Assembly: GCF_006345805.1 (NCBI RefSeq)
Contig: NC_043009.1
Coordinates: forward strand, 66,402,001 to 66,466,000
From: Octopus sinensis
Lineage: Eukaryota
Direction: 5' to 3'
Length of the DNA: 64,000 bases
The number at the start of each line of letters is the position of its first letter. Positions within the stretch are counted from its first letter, which is position 1. The position numbers and the translations under genes are program-made. The notes under the pieces are model-generated. The model was given only the letters and a program-made list of their open reading frames with translations. It was not told where the DNA came from and ran no database searches. Shown piece by piece: positions 40,866 to 54,269 of the stretch.

Positions 40866-41479
40866 TTATATATATATAAAAACTAGGTGATAAGCCATGT
40901 ACGTACTGCACAGGTTACATCATTATAAGTCATTCTGGAATATTCATCACCAAAGGGCTCAACAAATATTCATATAAAATATTTAGGGCCACCATGTTAC
41001 GTCGTTCTTGTGAATCCATAAACAGAGTGAACTTCTGAGACGTAAACGTGAGAAACGTAATCTTACCTTGCATCAAGTCTCACAGAACGTTTGGCTTCGG
41101 TGTAAAGCTAAGTATTACTCTAGTGTAGAAATGAGATTGCTTAGCACAGACGTATTTACCAAACGAAAACAGACAGTTTTTGTATTCAGATAGTGCAAAT
41201 ACACTTTTTTAACGTCTTTTGAGTTTGCCAAAGAATTAATTCTCATTCACAATTAGAAAGAAATCATATTGCTATTCCCAGAGGTGCATGAAAAATAGTT
41301 TAGTGACATATTTTTCACTAAAATGCCGAAGAACTTTTCATATCAAATATTAGTTTTGGCGGCGACGACAATACAAATTATGTGTTTGAAGCAGCTCAAC
41401 AGTGATCTGTTTTGGGATTTTGCCTTACTTGTAGGACGCTTTTGCCCATCAGCATCTTTGTATGCATATTTATGGCTGG

Positions 41480-41560
41480 TTGATGCGATTTTGTTCCAAG
41501 ATGGCGGTGTACGTGACATTCATTGGCGGAAATAACGCGAAACGCCGGTGTTGATCATTC
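41480..41560. promoter_or_regulatory. Candidate promoter-like patch with a YY1-type motif
   Basis: CAAGATGGCGG at 41497-41507, followed by ACGTGA, ATTGG (reverse CCAAT) and GGCGGAAA in a CpG-containing patch. Confidence 0.25.
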
Positions 41561-41788
41561 TCCTTCACTTCCATGGCGATTTCGTTTCCCCTAACTGTGA
41601 GATAGTCTATAACGTTTTTAAGATCTCCTTTGGAAGAAATACCAAATGATCGGAGTTTTGAAGCATTTAACAACGCGTATATATATGTGTGTGTATGTAA
41701 TGGTTGGTGGGTTTTGTGTTGAGACGTTGAATATGACAAATATTGAATTATTGGTTCATGTGGAAGTAATGTGAGTGATACACACACG

Positions 41789-41821
<33 letters not shown>

Positions 41822-42457
41822 GCACACACACTCACACATATGTATATATATATACAGTCATGTATATAGATACGCTTATATACATACCTTCATACAGAGA
41901 GTAAAGAGAAGCAGAGACAACAGAGAGAGCTCAGCATAGAGAGCAAGAGAATGAATGAAAGAAAGAAAGAAAGAAAAAAGAATGAATGAAGGGAAAGGAA
42001 AGAAGAGATAAAAAATGTATAGAAAAAGAGGGCAGTATTAAGGTATTAATATAATTCTTACTTAAACCCCGACTTAAACCTTTTCACTTTTTATTTGATT
42101 AAATGGTGACAGAGTTTTGAAGAACAAAGTGCATTCTGGGTTTTATTGATGTGTCTTTAAGAACGGAGTTGAAATCCCAACGGTATGGGGTTTCTTAATT
42201 ATGTTGATTGGTTCATTATTTTATAATTAATTCAATTCATTGAAGTGGCTGACAAAATGCCTTCAGATATTTCGTTCCGTTCCTTCACATTCGAATTCGA
42301 AATCTCGCTTGGGATTGATTACTTCCACTGTTATTTTGGTGGTTTTTGATTTGAGAAGAACCTGTAGCACACTTCGAATGATTAAACGAAGTGTGTTCTT
42401 TGTTCTCAACTCCTGATGCTTTATTTTAAAATCCGTGTTTTCTAAAAGGGGCTTCGA

Positions 42458-42620
42458 GCTGGCAGAGTCGTTAGCATGCTAGGCAAAATGTTCAACAGCA
42501 TTTCCTCCGTCTTTACGCTCTGCGTTCAAATTTCGCTGTGATGAACTGTGCCTTTCATCCCCTTTACGATCGATAGGACAGAATGATCACTGGCGTCGAT
42601 GTAATCGATTCACCCCTCTT
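42458..42620 (+). mobile_element. Decayed SINE family A copy
   Basis: gagctggcagagtcgttagcatgc...gttcaaattt...gcctttcatcc...gtcgatgtaatcgat. Confidence 0.8.
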
Positions 42621-43345
42621 CAGAGGGGTTGTTGTTGTTTGACTCCAAGTGAAGCTTGACCAAAATTGTTCCGGTAGTGATCGTCTTAAATTTTGCTTGC
42701 CTGTCACAATGTATCTTGGACTAAATTATCAAATGTGCCCTCCTTTTACAAACAGTAGGATATTCAGCTGTCTTTTATTATTATTATTTTGCAGCCTATC
42801 GCTGGAGCGATGTATTAAAAGCTGGCATAATATTGATGCTGTTGTTGCTGATCTTAACCTAAGGTCATCCTTGATTGACTCGACCTATAATCTAAGACGT
42901 TCCAGCAGGGGCTCTCCCAACTTTTATTTGAATATAGAGCATCCAGCACCCCGTTTTCCACTAAGTTCTTTCTCTTTTAAGACGGTAAGCAATAATTTGC
43001 GAAAGGTTTGCTCGCTAATTCTCGTCGGCTGAGCGACTGCATAGAGGCTTCCATTGTGCATTATTCAATGTGAATGGCATTTTAATGGATTGATCTTTCG
43101 CTACAATTTCCAACTTTGTGAAAAATGGCATTTGCTGTAATCGTCGTAAGTTCCCGATTTAAAGCTTCTGCCGAGATTGTCTTTACCTTTTACCGTTGGT
43201 GACTCTATATGCGATGCAGCTCTGTAAAACTGCTTAGCTTATTTTCTTGTGTTCTAATACGAATTTATGAAAGAACATAGAAACATCAGCACAAATTCCG
43301 AGAAAGAAACACTCAAATCGACAAAATTACATGATTGGTTCTTAA

Positions 43346-43430
43346 GTTGACTTCGGTGCGATTTGAACTCAGAACGTATAACCACCGAAAATGTCGTTTT
43401 TGCTCGATACTCTAACGAGTCTGCAGACCT
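43346..43430 (-). mobile_element. SINE family A 5' fragment
   Basis: gacttcggtgcgatttgaactcagaacgta...ctaacgagtctgc. Confidence 0.6.
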
Positions 43431-43560
43431 GAGTTGCTTTCTGTAGTGGCTTTTTGTTGTTTCTTTTTGTATTCTTTTCTTTTCTTTTCGCCAATTAAGA
43501 AGAAAATTTCAGCTGTTGAAGAATTCTTTTACACACAGCATTCAATATTTCATCTTGCAA

Positions 43561-44080
43561 AGGCGGCGAGCTGGCAGAATCGTTAACACGCCGGGCAAAA
43601 TGCTTATCAGTATTTCGTCTGTCTCTGCGCTCTGAGTTCAAATTCCACCGAGGTCGACTCTGCCTGTCATCCTTCCAGGGTCGATAAATTAAGTACTAGT
43701 TTCGTCCTGGGGTCAATCTAATCGACTGGTCCACTCCCCCAAAATTTCAGGCCTTGTACCTAGAATCGAAAAGAATATTTCAGCTTTCATTTAATTATCC
43801 AAATTCATTCCAATTGTAGTTATTTCCCTCGGCTCGGTGTATTTTATTTTTTTATTACGGTTTGTAAGGCGACGAGCTGCCAAAATCGTTAGCGCGTCGG
43901 ATAAAAATGTTTAGCAGCATTTTTTCTGTTTTATATATATATATATATGTTCTGAGTTCAGTTTTCGTCAATGTCCACTTTGTCTTTCATTCTGCCTGAA
44001 TAGATAAAATAACTTCTTGTTGAGTACTGCATTCGACATTCCCGTTTCCTTTAGAATTGCTGTACCAATATATGAAAGAA
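43561..44080 (+). mobile_element. Two SINE family A copies (43561-43780 well preserved; 43866-44080 decayed)
   Basis: aggcggcgagctggcagaatcgttaac...gagttcaaattccaccgaggtcgac...; the second begins aaggcgacgagctgccaaaatcgttagc. Confidence 0.85.
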
Positions 44081-44307
44081 TTAAGTTTGAACGTTGTAAT
44101 TTTCAAGAGCATTAGGACTGCGAAACAACAGACCACGAAAGCGCCTTGTTGTTTCTCAGTTGACAGGACAACAATTTGAAACTAGGATTTTTTCATCGGT
44201 CGATAGAACAAGTAACAGTCATATGCTGGTAAACGGAATCAACTAAATCTCTTACCTACTCACCAATATTTTTCGCCTCATAAGTTCTGATACGCCCGTT
44301 CCATATT

Positions 44308-44905
44308 TATTTCTTTATTGCTCACAGGAGACTAAACATAGAGGGGGACAAACAAGGACAGACAAAGGGATTAAATCCATTACATCGATCCCAATGCGTG
44401 ACTGGCACCTATTTAATCGACCGCGAAAGGATGAAAGGCAAAATCGACCTCGGCTGAATTTGAACTCAGAACGTAGCTTCAGACAAAATACCTATTTCTT
44501 TACTACCCACAAGGGGCTAAACACAGAGAGGACAAATAAGGACAGACAAACGGATTAAGTCGATTATATCGACCCCAATGCGTAACTGCTATTTATTTAA
44601 TCGACCCCGAAAGGATGAAAGACAAGGTCGACCTCGGCGGAATTTGAACTCACAACGTAACGGCAGACGAAATACCTATTTCTTTATTACCCACAAGGGG
44701 CTAAACACAGAGGGGACAAACAAGGACAGACATAGGTATTAAGTCGATTACATCGACCCCAGTGCGTAACTGGTACTTAATTTATCGACCTCGAAAGGAT
44801 GAAAGGCAAAGTCGACCTCGGCGCAATTTGAACTCACAACGTAACGCAGACGAAATACCGCTAAGCATTTCGCCCGGCGTGCTAACGTTTCTGCCAGCTC
44901 GCTGC
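44308..44905 (-). mobile_element. SINE family A, head plus three tandem body units (trimer)
   Basis: On the + strand the units start at 44308, 44493 and 44677 (periods 185 and 184 bp); single head at about 44854-44905. Confidence 0.92.
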
Positions 44906-44983
44906 CCCCCACCCCCGTTCAATATTGTAGTGAAATATATTTGAGACAAGTTTCTGTTTTTTTTAATTTCTCTTAACTACATC

Positions 44984-45045
44984 AACTGCCAAAATCGTTC
45001 AGTACGCCAGACAAAATACTTAGCAGCATTTCGCCGTTTTTACGT
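44984..45045 (+). mobile_element. SINE family A head fragment
   Basis: aactgccaaaatcgttcagtacgccagacaaaatacttagcagcatttcgcc. Confidence 0.55.
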
Positions 45046-45332
45046 GAAAAGCAGAATGCATCTGTCTGGGAAGCTACTGGAATTCTTCCCTCGATTGAGA
45101 GCACTAATAGAAAAAGGAATGTAGTAGTTAAAAGAGATCTGACTGCCCTTTCTAGCACATTGAGCTAACATAAAGAAGAATGTTCACTTACTGGTTCGAA
45201 AATTGCTTCGTTGTGACCTGAGGTGCGGGCTGTTGTAAGTTTTTAATTTATAGTTTGTTGTAAAGCAGTCTTTTGCCACTGTTGTATCTGCCTTTTGACA
45301 ACGGTGGCCGCTCAGACAGATATTGTTTTCTG

Positions 45333-45706
45333 TGGCACTCCGTCGGTTACGACGACGAGCGTTCCTGTTGATCCGATCAACGAAACAGCCAGCTCGTGAA
45401 ATTAACGTGTAAGTGGTTGAGCACTCCACAGACACGTGTACTCTTAACGTAGTTCTCGGGGAGATTCAGCGTGACAGAGTGTGACAAGGCTGGCCATTTG
45501 AAATACAGGTGCAACAGAAATAGGAAGAAAGAGAGAAAGTTGTGGTGAAAGGGTAAAGCAGGGTTCGCCACCAGCCCCTGCCGGAGCCTCATGAAGCTTT
45601 AGGTGTTTTGGCTCAATAAACACTCACAACGCCTGGTCTGGAAATTAAAACGACGATCCCACGACCGCGAGTCCACTGCCTTAACCATTAGGCCATTGCG
45701 CCTCCA
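45333..45706 (-). mobile_element. tRNA-derived SINE family D
   Basis: Sense strand begins TGGAGGCGCAATGGCCTAATGGTTAAGGCAGTGGACTCGCGG (tRNA-like, A box), has a decayed B box and a ~300-bp body. Confidence 0.75.
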
Positions 45707-46094
45707 CAGATATTGTTATTATATTCCGAAGTCTTCATTAAAATGGTTCTATCTGGCATTATACGACACCCAGTAGTACACTGTTATTATCCTCAGAAGG
45801 TTGGATCGTTATAACGTCCACTCAGTATCACAGTATAATTACTATATGAGCACAGACACGACTGTCAACGCAGTCGACATGTACTCTCGACCTTCCTGAC
45901 CTTCTCCGTGTCGACATGCTACTGGTCTACTTATAATGGCTAGCTACTACCACTTTATACCGGGTGGGGTGTACGTTTCACTATATAGCATAGTTCTAAC
46001 TCAAGTAGACTCTCATTATTATGTTTGGTAGCAATTGGTGTAATATATTCAAAGTTGAAAACAGAGCGAGGTGGAAGGGTAGAAGGGAATGTAA

Positions 46095-46850
<756 letters not shown>

Positions 46851-47806
46851 GAAAGAATGTAAAAGAGAAAGAGCAAGAGTTCTGCGCCAATTCCACGGTG
46901 AACGTATTTTGGTTTGGTTTCAGGAATTAACCTCGCCGATTATTAACTGTTCACACTTGATCTTTGACCAATTAGTTGTGATCCGAAACCATTGTTTGGA
47001 ATTAATGTTAACTGATAGAAGTGATGGTGGTGGTGGTGATGATGATACTTGCGGTTATGGTGAGGGTGGAAGTGTCTTAAGTGGGATGATGAGGCCGACG
47101 GTGGCGGATGGGGATATTTTTTAAAATATATTTGCTAATACAATTTAAAACCACAAAAAAAAAAACGAAAACAATGAATTATGATGATGATAATGATGAT
47201 GATGATGATAGCAGATTTTTGTTTTCGTCTTCTGATATTTTTCCTGCTCCAAGTCAACATAGGTTAAGCATATGGTTTTTAGATTTATAGCTCAACATTA
47301 AAAAAAATTCTCCATGAGACTGTGTTGATGTCTGCGCCTTTTTCGAAAAACTTAATGTAATTAACGAAGCGATATGACTTACTTAATAAGAAATGAACTT
47401 CGGTCTGGAGGCTAGTCTTGCTGGCAACGTTCCCCCAAACTGCTCTTCCATCCTTGCGTTCATGTTTGTATTCCAAAACAGGCACTGCCAGCAGTTTGTG
47501 TTAACCCCGATTTAATTGTTATCCCTGTTTCTTTGAGACGGAGCCATTGGCAGCGTGTGTCAGAGCACGAGAATAATTTGTGGTTTGTCTGAAACAAAGA
47601 ATTTCTCGATATTCCGATAGAAAACTAATTCTAATTTCACCATCACGTGATGCGATTCTACTTAATGGAAGACAGGCAGAAACATAGAGGCATTTCTGCC
47701 TGGAGAAAAGTCAAAGTCTTCCGAGATGCAAAACTTAGTCTTCCACAGCGCATAAGGATAAAAATCCTGTAGGCAGTCTGCTTTAAATAAGATGTATGTA
47801 TGTATG

Positions 47807-47846
<40 letters not shown>

Positions 47847-47868
47847 CATACATACATACATACATACA

Positions 47869-47922
<54 letters not shown>

Positions 47923-48859
47923 TTATTAGTTCAAACAAACAATCAATAAAAGAGCAAAAAAAAGAAATATAGGAACGTGAGGTCATGCACAAGAAATATA
48001 TTAATTTGACTCTCGGTTAAGGGAGAGAGTTGCTGTTAATATTTCAAGCATAGCTCTTTGTCGGGAACAGGAATATTCAAAGAGAAAGAAAGAAAAATAA
48101 GGAAAATCGCTAACAGTCCACATATATACATATATTCAAATATGCATATTTTCTGCCTGAGGTTAGCTCATCATTTTTCGGTCATTTATTTATATTTAAA
48201 AATTGTCGCTTCAAATCGGAGAATAAATATCATTGTGATATATATATACTGTAGCATGACCGGTGATAAAGATCCACATACTGTGATATATGGTCGGTAT
48301 AAGAAATGAAAAAAAGCCCTTGCACAAGAGTCGTGGGCGTGTCCCGTCTAGTGACGCTGTGTGTGTGTATGTGTGTGTGTGTGCGTGCGTTTCTCTCTAC
48401 GCATACACATGCACCCACGCATATATACAAATGTAAATATATGTAGCGGCGCAAAAGCACCAATCTGTATGACCTATGTGTATGAATAACCATATTGTTT
48501 ATAAAATAGAACACAAAGATGATGATGATGATGACGACGACGACGACGAAGATGTTGACAGTGGTGGTGGTGGTGGTGGTGGTGGTGGGGTGAATACTGA
48601 TGGCGATTAAGAAGACCAATAGTTCCAATGTCTAGAATAAGAATGGTATTTATAGAACGTCTTAATTTTATTATTCTCTCCACGATCAACTCCAAAAAGC
48701 ATTAATTCCTACACGATAATGAGGATTTTAGAACGTGAAAGAAACGAAAAGCGAAAGTAATCGAAGATCTACGAAGTAACGACGGATACTAAAGCACTTC
48801 CCTCTTTATTTAAATAAAATTAGCACTAGATCAGTTCTTAACCACTCGAGAAGTCGTTG

Positions 48860-48935
48860 GAACTAACGTCGTAGCCAGAAGTACAAGATGGCGGAGATAT
48901 GGAAAATGTTCAAGTAGCTTCCGGAAACAACATCA
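48860..48935. promoter_or_regulatory. Candidate promoter-like patch with YY1-type and ETS-type motifs
   Basis: CAAGATGGCGG at 48884-48894 and CCGGAA at 48921-48926. Confidence 0.25.
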
Positions 48936-49459
48936 CACACTATATCGTCCTCCGAATTGTCTTGGCCAGCAACTCCATACATATCCAACATGCAACGTCT
49001 CAAGTTAAAAGCTTTGTCGACAACTGGGCGACATGCCAGTCTTATTAGCCTATTATAAAAGTATAATGGCCATCAAGTGGTATAAACACTTGCCTTCAAC
49101 GGCTTCTGAAAAACCGAGAATTCTAATATTCTTCGCTCAGAAACAAATCGGTCAAAATCGACCAGAAAATGAAAATGAATTGACGAGTAGCTGACATTGT
49201 GTATATGTGGTTGTGTTAAGCCGAGATCAGTTCTGATCAAGAATTATGGTCCTTCTTGTTCCAGCGTTTACATATTTTTTTTGTGCATTTAATAAACAAA
49301 ATCTGTTATATTATTCATAGTGACCTCCATCGTTTTTAAGAGAGTGTGGTTTAAGGGATATTTCGCCACCAATTCTAGCATGTCGTGCGACTACGTGACT
49401 CATATTTCCTTGGTTTATTTTCAGTAATCAATCTACAAATTCGAAAACGGAATGAAGTC

Positions 49460-49740
49460 GAGTGAATCGACCGCAGTACCTATTCGTTACTTTATTTTAG
49501 CGACCCCGAAAGAATGAAAAACAAAGTTGACCCACAGCTCCAAATTTTGACAGAAGGCCTGTAAATATTTAGAGTATGGTGGGGAGTGGTCTATGTTATT
49601 GATCTCAGGACTTGACCAGTATTTACTTTATAGATGCTGAAAGCCACCCTCGACGGAATTTGAACTCAGAACGTAATGAATCGAAAAAAATGCGACTGAG
49701 CATTTTATTCGGCGTGCTAACGACTCTACCACCTCGTCAC
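49460..49740 (-). mobile_element. Two decayed SINE family A pieces (49460-49535, 49600-49740)
   Basis: gcgaccccgaaagaatgaaa..aaagttgacc; ctcgacggaatttgaactcagaacgtaa...ggcgtgctaacgactctacc. Confidence 0.7.
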
Positions 49741-49741
49741 A

Positions 49742-49779
49742 TTAATAATAATAATAATAATGATAATAATAATAATAAT

Positions 49780-49857
<78 letters not shown>
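49742..49857. repeat. (AAT)n(AAC)n(AAT)n microsatellite
   Basis: Directly visible. Confidence 0.97.
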
Positions 49858-49858
<1 letters not shown>

Positions 49859-50799
49859 GTTAGTAATTGTTCTTTTTATCCACAAGGGCTCATAAGATAC
49901 AATAAAAAACGAAAGAACTTTAAAGAGAGGTCTTAGAAATATTTAACTCTCGACCCAAGTTATCTAAAGATGTGTGAATCGATAGATGACGTTATACAAT
50001 TATATTTGGAGACAATCTTAAAATTTATAAGTTAAAAGCTGCTCATAATTGAAGCGAATAAGTAAAGATAAAAGATGGAAGCTGTAAAAGAGGGTTCCGC
50101 CCACATGTGGATCAAAACCTACTAGTTTCGATCAGAGCACCCCTCATCGCAGCCCGCCTCCTATTTCTAATGCTTGAGCTTTTGAACAAAACCGTGTCTG
50201 TGTGGGATAAGCTTGGAAACAACATATGTCCTCAGGTTACCCTTAGATCGCGAGATTATAATAACATCTTTTTGTTGTTGTTGTTTTAAGAAACTGTCTT
50301 TTCAATGTCTTTTATATAACGACAACGCCCACTGATGTACAAGTCAATTATTATGTAAGATGGTGAATATTATTTCTCTGTCTTTATCGTCATCTGCATC
50401 GTTATTGTTCTAAGGAGGGATGGGGTCTCATTTATCTATTTTCTTCGTTTCTGTTGTATTCCGTTTTTCTTTCTTTCTACTTTTACATTTGACTTATCTA
50501 TTTATTGAGGCACGGTTCTCTGTCCTCATTTTACCCATTCGGTTGTTCTGCGACTGCTTGAAATTTTGTTTCTATTTCCATTACCTCTCTCGCAAGACGA
50601 CGGAGCGGTGTCGTTGCCTTTGGTGTAGGTTATGGTAGTGTTGGAATTGGAGATCGAGCATAAGGCGAGTTCCCATAGTATCTCCAGACTGGAAGTGAGT
50701 GAAGCGGGTTTGTTTTATTTTGGTATCGAGAACAAGACGGACGTTTTTAGGCTGGTATCTCTAAATATCCTGTAACGTGACTACGACAGGCTGCGCTAC

Positions 50800-51600
50800 A
50801 AGAACAACAGTCTTTGCATCCTCCTCAATCTTTTCGGGTTTCTCAAATTGTGTTGTACAAAAAGCCTTCAAGTGGCTTTAGCTGTTCTGCTCTTCACCAT
50901 CTATTGTACTACTTAAGATTCAGCGCCGACAACAAGGCACATCTTGTGTCCATATGCCTTACAAAAGCAACTGGATTCAAATCTGAGTATTGCTTCTTTA
51001 ATCCTAGCAGTGTTTAGTTCCTAGTCTATGGGTGGGTATTTTGCACATAATGTTTCCTTGTCTGTAAACTTCGTCCTCATTTTTGAAAGACAAGCGCAAA
51101 ATTGTATTCCTCAAATGGTCCTTTGCGAGCCCTATTCACTTCGTTAAGTGAAGATAAGTTTTCTCTTTGCAGTATGTTGAATATGTTCTTTGCATAAAGA
51201 GATGTTTCAGGATTCCACACTGGAGGTAACCGGAGCAAAGATAACCAATTTCATATGTAGACTTGTTATTCGGCGACATATGTATTTGTGTGACATTTGC
51301 GACTGTACAAGATATACGACCAAAGATAACAACGCAGGATAATGATAAAGTCAAATAAAGCAACAGATGCCTTCTCCTGAAAGCAAGGAACTAGTCCAAT
51401 AAAGTTTACTAATATTTCGAAATTATTGTCGCATGATTTGACATTAAAAGATAAATGCTCAACATTTGAAGTACCACATGTTTCCTCACATAGAGTAGAA
51501 TAAAAGTGCAATGCTTTAAGTTCTGAAACCAAATTTCTTCTAACTGTCACAACCAGAAGTTCTTCTTTACATAAATATCATGGCATGACCAATATACTTA
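50800..51600 (-). pseudogene. Decayed hAT-superfamily transposase (ZMYM1/DUF4371-like)
   Basis: FYSTLCEETCGTSNVEHLSF..NNFEILVNFIGL resembles FSI..DETTDIS..EQLS..ERFLGF; downstream AYGHKMCLVVG...NPKR resembles HC.GH.LNLAV...SPKR. Many stops. Confidence 0.55.
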
Positions 51601-53160
51601 CAGTTTGCAGCTAGCTTTCAATGTTTCCTAATATTCAAGCCAAAATGTTATATATTTGCGACGTTAGGAGTTCCTTTCGCTGTAATAACTCGCTTGAGTA
51701 ATACTTTTAATGTTTGTAACAATGAATCAATTTGTTGTCGAATAATTTCTCTTTCCTCTTCATTTGTTTCAAAATTATATTTGTCATATTTTTTTTTTAC
51801 TCCTATGCCGTCGATTGAGTAGGTGGCTATTTTTATGCTCTTTAAATCACTCTATTTGTTTTTCCTCCAATTATTAAATCAATCTGCAACTTTATGTTGA
51901 TGGATGATAAATTATTGGTCCTGTCTTAACTCTGGACACGACTAGACAAAGGCAATCTTTCTAGGTGACTATAACTCAAGCAAGTTAACTTTAACATTAT
52001 AGATGCTACAAAACTACATCGCTTATTCCTACTCGTCATCTCATTATTTGTTGAGAAATCCACATATTCCCTCCATTCTCTAAAAGTGGAAACGATTTGC
52101 TAAGATGAATTGGGTTCTAAATTAGTTACAAGTGTTCAAAATTGTAGTCTGCCCTGCAGCGAACAAACACTCTCTATTATTGAAATTATAAATCAGTTTG
52201 ACGCAAGATTTATTTAAAAAATATTTGACGGTCTAATTCAATCATTAAATTTTGCGCTTGCGCTCTCTGACTGAATTCCAATAACGATTATTATTTTAAA
52301 TAATTATTTTGTACAACTTACAAAATGTTGGCATGCTTAAATTTATATGTATTGTCTCTGCCACTTCGCTCGTTTTTGTACAACTTGATTGGATATTTCT
52401 CCATGATTTTGTATCGTGTTTATAATCTTAAAAATTGAGAGCTGTAGGCGAAAGCTTTAACATAATCACCCAAGTAGGAATGTTACGATTTAAACAACCT
52501 TAACATGGAAGAAAACTGAAGATACAATCAGAAAAATTAAGGTTATCAAATAATGTTAGCAAGGTCTACCTTGACTGTTGAGCACTAAAGATAAAGCTTG
52601 TAGATATGTCCCTAGAAGTACATAGATGCTAGATGGTTGCGGTGATCCTCTACCACGGGGAGAACAAAACTAACATCCTGCAGGCTCAGAGGCAGCAGAA
52701 ACGAAATTGTTCGGGTCAGGGAATGGAGTTATTGATCCAAAGGAATCAAGAAGGTGGAATCCATTTCAGACCTGATCAAGACGTCACAAACCTTTACATG
52801 GCTATTGAGGGCATAAAGAGAAGACGTCACTTGAGTTATGATACAATCCATGTCCATGCTTTCTGTCCACAGCAAATGAAATAGGAAAGCCCTCATGCAC
52901 ACTCACTCTTCAGCTGACATCACTACCGCAACAGCAACAACACCAACAACAGCAGTACCATCGGCAGCGTGCCGCCACAACGATAACAATGACAGCAGCT
53001 ACAAAACTAGAGCCAGCAACCGTGAGAGCAACACTAGCAGGAGTAATAACGGCAGCAGGAACAGAAGCAACAACAATGATGGTAGCTTTAATACACAAAT
53101 AAATAAATTCTATCCACCAATGCGGTGTCGAGCACTCATTTTCATCGTTCGACATTTACG

Positions 53161-53222
<62 letters not shown>

Positions 53223-53224
53223 AA

Positions 53225-53460
53225 CTCAACTCCGTTGGACACGAATGACCTTGGCTGCACCAAAGAGGTTCCCCTCTGAAGTACAAGTCTGGGCGGAAAG
53301 TTGCCTCACCGGCGAATGCACAACCTAGGGCTGTTTTTACAGAATACCAGCGGTTGCCCATGCATACCAGCCTCCTCTCTCCACGCCACTGATGTTATCC
53401 AAAGGAAAGGCAACGACCGATACTGCTTGGCACGATTGACGACGCAACGCGTTTCTACAG
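53225..53460 (-). mobile_element. 3' body/tail of a SINE-like dispersed repeat
   Basis: GC-rich, non-microsatellite segment abutting a CA/TA tract; resembles recalled cephalopod SINE tails. No second copy in this window. Confidence 0.4.
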
Positions 53461-53585
53461 CTTGAAGAACGTAGGCTCGAAACGTAAAAACTATTCTCAC
53501 CTGCTCGAGCGTTAAGCTAATACACCTGATGTTGTTTATACACCTGCCTTTGTCTTTTGTTTTTCTGTAGAATTTACAAACATTT
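53461..53585 (+). mobile_element. Penelope-type terminal-repeat-like segment with a partial hammerhead-like motif
   Basis: TTGAA GAAC-GTAG-GCTC GAAAC GTA at 53462-53486 parallels the 40765-40800 motif; the 5' core is incomplete. Confidence 0.4.
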
Positions 53586-54269
53586 ATTGCCTCGCTAGGT
53601 GTGTTTCCACAAATCGCATGTCTCTTAAGATTACCCTCCATGTTCTTGAGATGATTGCAGTGTAGTCCGTCGTATCCGTGGACATCGAGTAGATCATCGT
53701 CATGAATTAATTTCTTCAGGTGTTATAGCATTAAGCGGTGTTTAACAAAGGGTTGTTTATCCCTTCTGACTAGTGCCAAGGTTGATTGAGTTATATATAT
53801 ATAAAATTACAAGATATAGAATCAATCGGATTTGACTATTTAAGAAATGCTTGTTGTACGGTTTTGATGCGCAGTTTTTCGTGTAAATGTGTTAACTCAA
53901 GCCTAGTGAAATTTGAAGGGTAGAAATTGAATAAAAACCCGTTAGATATAATGTATTCACCGAAGAAGCGAAGAACTTATAAGAGGAATATTTGCAATAC
54001 TAAGAATTGGACGGATTTATAGGTATTCCTGCGGTAGTATCTGGTACGTTACGACAGCAAAATATAGGCATTAGCCAAGAACTCATAAATCAGGAGAACA
54101 ACAGCGTACGGATCAATAGTGAATTCTTCAAAAAGTGCTTTTATCTTAACAACGTCTGATCCCAGAAGTGCTACTTGGCATATTCAACAAAGATGTGAAA
54201 CAGAAATACTCTGTACACCGCAGAAATGTTATACATGGTCTTGTTTCCCATAAACGTAGAGGATGTTAC

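Noticed and set aside
45630-45706. tRNA gene (also 23690-23767 and 31060-31135)
   Set aside because: No complete cloverleaf, decayed B box or T arm, and each continues into a SINE body.
53900-54220. Possible piggyBac remnant (ELDGFIGI)
   Set aside because: Single weak motif; no TTAA or TIR support found.
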